DNA from: Marine Group I thaumarchaeote
Lineage (GTDB): Archaea > Thermoproteota > Nitrososphaeria > Nitrososphaerales > Nitrosopumilaceae
Reading direction: 5' to 3'
Assembly (NCBI GenBank): GCA_044358425.1
Contig: CP054849.1
Location: forward strand, 728,864-740,737
DNA length: 11,874 bases
Shown here: one piece after another, positions 7,141 to 11,874 of the stretch
Position numbering within the stretch: the stretch's first letter is position 1
Layout: each line of letters begins with the position of its first letter
Notes under the pieces: generated by a model
What the model was told of the DNA's origin: nothing
The model's database searches: none
What the model saw: the letters and a program-made list of their open reading frames with translations, nothing else
Program-made: the position numbers and the translations under genes

Positions 7141-7605
7141 TTTTTCACACAAAATAGTCAGATCATCTAATAATTTTGAATAATTGGTAATTAGTTTCGA
7201 TTTATCTAATAATTTTGGAATTTTCATCGTCCCCATCAATTTTAAATCAACATCAACCAAAATTTTAGTTCCATCAGGAATTTCAATGAATTCTTGTCGA
7301 ATGTAACTGCCTTTAGATTTTCCACCAATTACAAAAACCTCATGCAAAACAAACGGTTTTGACACATGTTTAGACATTAAAAGAAATTCAATATCACCTA
7401 ATGTGAAATGTTCTTCAACTACTGCAGTTTCTCCACGTACTGAACGAATACGTATGGATGGAAAATATGTAGGAATTAATTTTTCATATTGTTCATAATT
7501 GGAGAAAATTTCAAAAACATTTTTTCGTTTAGCATGAATAATTTTTTCTAAAGAAAATGTGGTCAATAGTATTTTAGAAACTTCCCCATCGAGGGTATAA
7601 ATCAT
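7132..7605 (-). CDS. SRPBCC/START-like (polyketide-cyclase/COQ10-type fold) small-ligand-binding protein, tentative
   Basis: The ORF is open to ATG 7644 (170 aa), but that start would overlap ubiX by 71 nt. ATG 7605 (157 aa, 32-nt overlap) or TTG 7566 (no overlap) are more plausible. The size and pattern (KNVFEIFSNYEQYEKLIPTYFPSIRIRSVRGETAVVEEHFTLGD..., then alternating beta-like segments and a C-terminal helix) resemble SRPBCC proteins. The family call rests on pattern only. Confidence 0.7.
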   Translation of the reverse strand: MIYTLDGEVSKILLTTFSLEKIIHAKRKNVFEIFSNYEQYEKLIPTYFPSIRIRSVRGETAVVEEHFTLGDIEFLLMSKHVSKPFVLHEVFVIGGKSKGSYIRQEFIEIPDGTKILVDVDLKLMGTMKIPKLLDKSKLITNYSKLLDDLTILCEKSV

Positions 7606-8131
7606 GATCAATGTCAAACTGATCAAGACATTTTCCGACTCCATGGTTTACAATATCATCAATAGTTTTTGGTTTAGTATAAAATTCAGTTACAGGGGGC
7701 AAAATTATCACACCCAGTCTGGATAATTTCAGCATGTTTTCTAAATGAATTGCAGACATTGGAGTTTCTCTAACCATTAAAATTAATTTTCGGTCTTCTT
7801 TAATTGTCACACCAGCAGCTCTTGCAACTAATGTATCATCATAACCATTAGCAATTGCAGCTAATGTCTTCATACTACAAGGAGCAACTATCATGCCATT
7901 AATTCTATGAGTGCCACTCGATACACTTGCAGCCATATTTTTCTCATCAGAATCGCTGGAAGCAAGAGATTTAACATATTCAGGAGTATATTCAGTTTCC
8001 ATTGAAATACATTTTTCCCCCCATTCAGACATGACCAGATGTGTTTCAACATTTAATTTTTTTAAAACCTCAAGCATTCTAATTCCGTAGATTACTCCAG
8101 TGCTGCCAGTAATTCCAATTATTAATTTCAT
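7574..8131 (-). CDS. ubiX: Flavin prenyltransferase UbiX (prenylated-FMN synthase)
   Basis: 185 aa with UbiX/Pad1 signatures throughout: MKLIIGITGSTGVIYG, SSGTHRINGMIVAPCSMKTLAAIANGYDDTLVARAAGVTIKEDRKLILMVRETPMSAIHLENMLKLSRLGVIILPP. ATG start at 8131..8129. Confidence 0.95.
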   Translation of the reverse strand: MKLIIGITGSTGVIYGIRMLEVLKKLNVETHLVMSEWGEKCISMETEYTPEYVKSLASSDSDEKNMAASVSSGTHRINGMIVAPCSMKTLAAIANGYDDTLVARAAGVTIKEDRKLILMVRETPMSAIHLENMLKLSRLGVIILPPVTEFYTKPKTIDDIVNHGVGKCLDQFDIDHDLYPRWGSF

Positions 8132-8268
8132 GAATCAATATGGAAAATAGTAGTATTTAGAATAGACTCACCAAGGGGATTTGTTTTGAAGATGGTTTGT
8201 TGCATTTTCCGTTGCCTCCAACCTAAAAGGAATAATTATCAGATAAAAAGCATGATTTTTGTTTGAAA

Positions 8269-9444
8269 TCAGGATTTACGCTTAACTACTACTAAGCCCA
8301 AAATTATCCCAATACCCACAATACCAATTACAACATACAAGGTTGTAAAATCATCAACAGATTCTTGTGATGTGAATTTTTTTACATTCTCAAGAGGGGT
8401 TTCAGAGATACGGATAATCTTATCATTATTCCCATTGGCAGTAAGAAGATACAAATTTCCATCAGGACTCATTTGAGCGGTTCTAATTCTACCAAATTCT
8501 CCATCAAACATTTTTTCTAAACTAATTAAAGAGCCATCGTTTGCAATATCCATCACCATTAGATGTTCACCTCGAAGGGTTCCAACTAAAAATTTTCCAG
8601 TAAAATCAGAAATTTTTTCAGAATCAAAAAAAACCATTCCACTAGGAGCCCATGTTGACTCACCACTATGAATTATAGGATTAACAAAAGAGTCTTCAGA
8701 TGAATCTCCAACTATATTTGGCCATCCATAATTTTTTCCTTTTAAAATTAGATTTATCTCATCATGTCCATAACCAAGTTCTCCTGAAGGACCATGTTCA
8801 GATGAAAGAAAAAGTCCATCTGCAGACCACGCCAATCCTTGTGGATTACGATGACCATAAGAGAATACAGGACTTGAATCAAATGGATTATCATCAGGAA
8901 TAGTTCCATCAGAATTAATTCTCAAAATTTTTCCTGCAAGAGAAAACAAATCTTGGGACCAACCAGGATTAATTGCATCACCAGTTGAAATGTACAATTT
9001 TTGATCTGGGCCAAACTTGATTCTTCCACCATCGTGCCATGGGGCACCAGGTATACCATCAAGAATCAACTGTTTGTTAGAAAGAGTGTCATCATTAACT
9101 TCAAAACTAAAAACTTTATTTTGATAAAATTCAAGCTCTAAATTTGTTTGATATACGTAAATTTTGTTATTTTCTTCAAAGTCAGGATGTAATGCAAGAC
9201 CCAATGTGCCACCCTCAACAGAACCACTCTTAGGGAATGTTTGAATAACTTTTGCAACTCCAGATTCACTCATTTTCCAGATGCGACCATCTCTTTCTGT
9301 AAAGTAAATATCACCATTAGGTCCAAACACGATTTCCCAAGGATTATTGAGTCCATCCACTATTACGTCAGAATTCAAATCACCAAATGCAGGCAACATC
9401 ATTGAAAAAATAGAAATAAAAAAAAGTAAAAATAAAAATCTCAT
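8269..9444 (-). CDS. Exported, membrane-anchored PQQ-type soluble glucose/sorbosone (aldose sugar) dehydrogenase-family beta-propeller
   Basis: 391 aa with family motifs PWHDGGRIKFGPDQKLYISTGD, GHRNPQGLAW and HGPSGELGYGHDEINLILKGKNYGWPNI. It has an N-terminal Sec-type signal peptide (MRFLFLLFFISIFSMMLPAFG) and a C-terminal TM anchor plus basic tail (LYVVIGIVGIGIILGLVVVKRKS). Confidence 0.9.
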   Translation of the reverse strand: MRFLFLLFFISIFSMMLPAFGDLNSDVIVDGLNNPWEIVFGPNGDIYFTERDGRIWKMSESGVAKVIQTFPKSGSVEGGTLGLALHPDFEENNKIYVYQTNLELEFYQNKVFSFEVNDDTLSNKQLILDGIPGAPWHDGGRIKFGPDQKLYISTGDAINPGWSQDLFSLAGKILRINSDGTIPDDNPFDSSPVFSYGHRNPQGLAWSADGLFLSSEHGPSGELGYGHDEINLILKGKNYGWPNIVGDSSEDSFVNPIIHSGESTWAPSGMVFFDSEKISDFTGKFLVGTLRGEHLMVMDIANDGSLISLEKMFDGEFGRIRTAQMSPDGNLYLLTANGNNDKIIRISETPLENVKKFTSQESVDDFTTLYVVIGIVGIGIILGLVVVKRKS

Positions 9445-9463
9445 AATAATATGAAAGTTTTTT

Positions 9464-9471
9464 TATTTAAA
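9464..9471 (-). promoter_or_regulatory. TATA box candidate for the dehydrogenase gene
   Basis: The minus strand reads TTTAAATA, matching the archaeal TTTAWATA consensus. It is centred ~24 nt upstream of ATG 9444, which fits a leaderless or near-leaderless mRNA. The evidence is positional only. Confidence 0.35.
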
Positions 9472-9761
9472 ATACTATGCAATAAATTCTAAAAATAATT
9501 TTAGTATTTACAAATAGAAATCTTTGATAAATTATGCAAATTGAAAGCAAATAATGCATAAAACAAATAATGATTTGGCTTAGATCGATATTAGATTTGA
9601 CCCTTTACCTTGAATATTTTCTTCATAGAGATTAAGCCTATGAGTTGTAAGAAAGGATATGTCCATAATTTCGCATGGTTTGAAATTTTATCAAAAAAGA
9701 TGTGTATTAATTGTAAACAAGAAGAAGCCTAGTTTCTTTCAAAAATAATTTTTAAATCATA

Positions 9762-9923
9762 TCACTTAGTTTCAGATACATCTTGTTCAATTGATTCAGC
9801 AGATTCTTGTTCAACAGATTCCTTTTCTAATTTTCTTCGTTTAATCCATAATGATACACCACAAACAGCCATAGCAGTTAGTAAAATTACACCTGCCATT
9901 TGAAGTTCAAATGAATAAAACAT
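9762..9923 (-). CDS. Small single-pass membrane protein (53 aa), unannotated candidate
   Basis: My own translation (below the ORF-track length cutoff): MFYSFELQMAGVILLTAMAVCGVSLWIKRRKLEKESVEQESAESIEQDVSETK, stop TGA 9764..9762. It has one clean TM helix followed by KRRK (positive-inside) and an acidic tail. A TTTTAAAT element (minus strand, 9948..9941) lies just upstream. An alternative start is Met9 (9899). Its only support is that it is an ORF with a membrane-protein-like layout in a long gap. Confidence 0.4.
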   Translation of the reverse strand: MFYSFELQMAGVILLTAMAVCGVSLWIKRRKLEKESVEQESAESIEQDVSETK

Positions 9924-10021
9924 AGTTTTGTTAAACTAGCATTTAAAAAAAACATTTTGGTATATTCCGATCTGATATGTTGCAATTTTACATATATTAG
10001 ATGCCAATATTTAGGCATAAT

Positions 10022-11113
10022 ATGATCAAAAGTTCTGAGATCAAGAAAATAGTTAATGATTATTCAGATGTAAAAATAGGAGTACTAGGAAGTCATTCTG
10101 CTTTAGAAGTAATGGATGGAGCAAAGGATGAAAATTTTGAAACAACTGTTTTTTGCCAAAAAGGTAGAGAAGGACCTTATCAAAGATTCAACAGAATTGC
10201 AGACCAAATAGTAGTATTAGATAAATTCAAAGACATGGCATCAGCTAAAAATCAAAAAATGTTAAGAGATTCAAATACAATTGTTGTTCCACATAGATCT
10301 CTTACAGTTTATCTGGGTTACAAAACAATTGAAGATAAATTCAAAGTTCCAATTTTTGGAAATAGAAAATTATTTCAAGCTGAAGAAAGAACTGCAAAAA
10401 AAGGACAGTATTATCTTTTAGAAAAAGCCAGAATTAAATATCCAAAATTATTCAAAGATCCAAAACGAATCAACAAACCATCCATTGTAAAGGTTCAAGA
10501 AAAAAATAGACCTCTAGAAAGAGCATTTTTTACAGTATCATCATACAAAGATTACAAAGAAAAATCAGAACAAAAAATTAAACAAGGAGTTATTGCAAAA
10601 AAAGATTTAGAAAAAGCAAGCATAGAAGAATTAGCAATTGGAACTTACATGAATTTTAATTTCTTTCACACACCTATTTCAAATCAAGTTGACTTTATTG
10701 GAATCGAAAGAAGACTTCAAACAAATATTCACGACTATAATGCATTACCAGCAAGAGAGCAAATGGAAATGGATATCGATTTACAAAATATTGAAGTAGG
10801 CCATACTCCAGCAAGTATTAGAGAATCTTTGCTTGAAAAAGTTCTAAAGATGGGAGACAAGTTTGTCTCAGCAGTAAAAAAAGAATACGCACCAGGAATA
10901 ATTGGTCCATTTTCACTTCAAAGTGTCATTACAAAAGATTTAGAATTAATTGTTTATGATGTTTCATTAAGAGTTCCAGGAAACCCCATAGTTGCCACAA
11001 CTAGTCCTTATACAAAATACCAATATGGTCAAACATTTGGAGTTGGACGAAGAATTGCAATGGAAATTAAAAGAGCTCAAGAAGAAGACCGTCTTGACGA
11101 GATAGTTACGTAA
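10022..11113 (+). CDS. purP: 5-formaminoimidazole-4-carboxamide ribonucleotide (FAICAR) synthetase PurP, archaeal ATP-grasp, formate-dependent
   Basis: PurP-family motifs: KIGVLGSHSALEVMDGAKDENFETTVFCQKGREGPYQRF, VVPHRSLTVYLGY, VPIFGNRKLFQAEER, GIERRLQTNI, IGPFSLQSVITKDLELIVYDVSLRVPGNP. The ORF is open from ATG 10001 (370 aa). I prefer ATG 10022 (363 aa, MIKSSEIKK...) because ATATATTA at 9992-9999 is centred ~26 nt upstream of 10022, which fits a leaderless mRNA. The start is not certain. Confidence 0.93.
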   Translation: MIKSSEIKKIVNDYSDVKIGVLGSHSALEVMDGAKDENFETTVFCQKGREGPYQRFNRIADQIVVLDKFKDMASAKNQKMLRDSNTIVVPHRSLTVYLGYKTIEDKFKVPIFGNRKLFQAEERTAKKGQYYLLEKARIKYPKLFKDPKRINKPSIVKVQEKNRPLERAFFTVSSYKDYKEKSEQKIKQGVIAKKDLEKASIEELAIGTYMNFNFFHTPISNQVDFIGIERRLQTNIHDYNALPAREQMEMDIDLQNIEVGHTPASIRESLLEKVLKMGDKFVSAVKKEYAPGIIGPFSLQSVITKDLELIVYDVSLRVPGNPIVATTSPYTKYQYGQTFGVGRRIAMEIKRAQEEDRLDEIVT

Positions 11114-11117
11114 CTAT

Positions 11118-11681
11118 TCAAACAGTGTTTAATTTTCCTGTGTGTGTTTTAAAATATTCTTGAAGTGCAACATTAGAACGAACATCTTTGTAAGAATCTA
11201 ACATTGTGTCCATTATTCGATTAATGTGATTTTCTAATCGTTTGATTCTTTGTTGTGCTATTGGATGCTGCAAAAGTCTAATTTTATCAAAATGATCAAT
11301 TTTAGAAATTACCATAGTTACCCTATTGATTTCTTCTTGAATATGTTCAAGCAATTTTAATCCATCGTTACTAAAACCAAATCTACCACCATCACTCAAC
11401 ATTATAGTTGGAATCTTTTTTATCAGTTCAATTTCAAATTTTTGATATTCTAAAAAGTTATCCATCATTAATGAAAATTGATCATGAGTTTGAGGCTTAT
11501 CCAATTTTTTATAAAATAAATTATTTTTTAAAGTTCTAGATTCAAGAAATCCCATATAGGCTAGTCTTTGAATAGATTCAACTACTTCAGATTTATTACC
11601 ACCACATCTTTCAACTATGACTTTTAGTTCAATCCATTGAGAAGTAGAAAATAAAATGTAATCATCATGAATCATTACCAT
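11118..11681 (-). CDS. Hypothetical protein, possible N-terminal winged-helix DNA-binding domain plus helical C-terminal domain
   Basis: 187-aa ORF with an ATG start. Residues ~14-60 (SQWIELKVIVERCGGNKSEVVESIQRLAYMGFLESRTLKNNLFYKKL) have a wHTH-like helix-turn-helix-wing pattern. The C-terminal half is helical and heptad-like. The family is not recognised. The stop lies 4 nt from the purP stop (convergent genes). Confidence 0.65.
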   Translation of the reverse strand: MVMIHDDYILFSTSQWIELKVIVERCGGNKSEVVESIQRLAYMGFLESRTLKNNLFYKKLDKPQTHDQFSLMMDNFLEYQKFEIELIKKIPTIMLSDGGRFGFSNDGLKLLEHIQEEINRVTMVISKIDHFDKIRLLQHPIAQQRIKRLENHINRIMDTMLDSYKDVRSNVALQEYFKTHTGKLNTV

Positions 11682-11761
11682 TGTACTAACATTGATTGTA
11701 TTGGATTTCTAATATGTTTAGGTAAAAAATCTGCATGAACTCATCACATATGAAATTAAAT

Positions 11762-11857
11762 GGCGAAGCCCACTTAGTTGCAGAACAATAAGAGATTTCC
11801 TCTTGTGGTCAAGCGTCAAACGCCTGAGTGCCTTTTTCGTTCTGCGGGGCTACGCAC
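11762..11857 (+). ncRNA. Unclassified structured RNA candidate (strand not resolved)
   Basis: About 52% G+C (50/96 by my count) in a ~33% background, with no ORF. Nested helices: 11763-11771 with 11847-11855, 11780-11786 with 11839-11845, and two internal hairpins. There are T-runs downstream on either strand (TTTTT 11870-11874 on +; T6 at 11729..11724 on -). It does not fit tRNA, 5S, C/D or H/ACA patterns by eye. Confidence 0.4.
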
Positions 11858-11874
11858 TTTATTCATTAGTTTTT

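Noticed and set aside
6903-7148. 81-aa minus-strand ORF
   Set aside because: It is antisense to tatA, which has the canonical TatA sequence. Its Ser/Leu/Pro-rich product is low complexity.
7606-7644. Longest-ORF start (ATG 7644) for the SRPBCC-like gene
   Set aside because: It would overlap ubiX by 71 nt, and the extra residues (MESENVLISLTLI) are simply an alternative reading of the conserved UbiX C-terminus. ATG 7605 or TTG 7566 is more plausible. The start remains unresolved.
8700-8903. 67-aa plus-strand ORF
   Set aside because: It is antisense inside the PQQ-type dehydrogenase gene.
9382-9444. Possible Tat signal on the dehydrogenase, given the neighbouring tatCA
   Set aside because: The N-terminus, MRFLFLLFF..., has a single Arg and no S/T-R-R-x-F-L-K motif, so it looks Sec-type.
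9548-9572. Exact 9-nt direct repeat CAAATAATG (9548-9556 and 9564-9572), plus repeated TATGCAA and AAAAATAATTTT strings in the long spacer
   Set aside because: By my rough estimate, about one 9-mer repeat is expected by chance in ~550 nt of this AT-rich composition, and I saw no supporting symmetry.
10001-10021. Seven-codon N-terminal extension of purP (MPIFRHN)
   Set aside because: The TATA-like ATATATTA at 9992-9999 abuts ATG 10001 but is correctly spaced for a leaderless start at 10022. I have deprioritised this start, not excluded it.
11741-11747. C-box-like GUGAUGA on the minus strand, suggesting a C/D box sRNA
   Set aside because: There is no CUGA D box and no C'/D' pair at suitable spacing downstream on that strand, and no terminal stem.
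11762-11857. Identity of the G+C-rich element as tRNA, 5S rRNA, RNase P or H/ACA RNA
   Set aside because: There is no cloverleaf (no D-arm or T-loop GTTCRANYC-like sequence). It lacks 5S loop motifs and is too short. GAGGAAAT on the minus strand resembles the RNase P CR-I motif only partially, and the closing helices return after ~80 nt. The internal loop is one-sided and no ACA box follows the stem. I keep it as an unclassified candidate only.
1-11874. Mobile elements, CRISPR arrays, defence or toxin-antitoxin modules
   Set aside because: I saw no repeat-spacer periodicity, no transposase/integrase/recombinase-like ORF, no terminal inverted repeats, and no compositional break suggesting an island.

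Overview
This is an AT-rich (roughly one-third G+C by eye), very tightly packed archaeal chromosome segment. The gene set (archaeal-type PurP, split PurL/PurQ/PurS, TatAC, UbiX) and the composition fit a marine ammonia-oxidising thaumarchaeon (Nitrosopumilus-like). That assignment is inference, not a search result. I can support 15 protein-coding genes. purF (5' part, runs off the left edge), purL and purQ form one overlapping minus-strand unit. The others are a stand-alone CBS-pair gene, purS, a DUF4214-like/SAM-methyltransferase fusion, an orphan 156-aa gene, tatC-tatA, an SRPBCC-like gene overlapping ubiX, an exported PQQ-type beta-propeller sugar dehydrogenase, a 53-aa membrane micro-protein (too short for the ORF track), purP, and a 187-aa wHTH-like protein. 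I recognised no rRNA, tRNA, CRISPR array, transposase/integrase or long repeat. I do not see a clear novel multi-gene system; the window is mostly housekeeping. The best leads are: (1) the methyltransferase fusion, whose C-terminal ~125 aa carry a protein-kinase-like catalytic-loop signature and which sits inside the purine cluster; (2) a ~95-nt G+C-rich, nested-helix RNA candidate at the right edge (11762-11857) that I cannot assign to any family; (3) a CBS-pair gene splitting purS from purQLF; (4) ubiX overlapping an SRPBCC-like gene; (5) unannotated micro-ORFs in the single long intergenic region. All functional calls come from motif recognition by eye. No database search was run.
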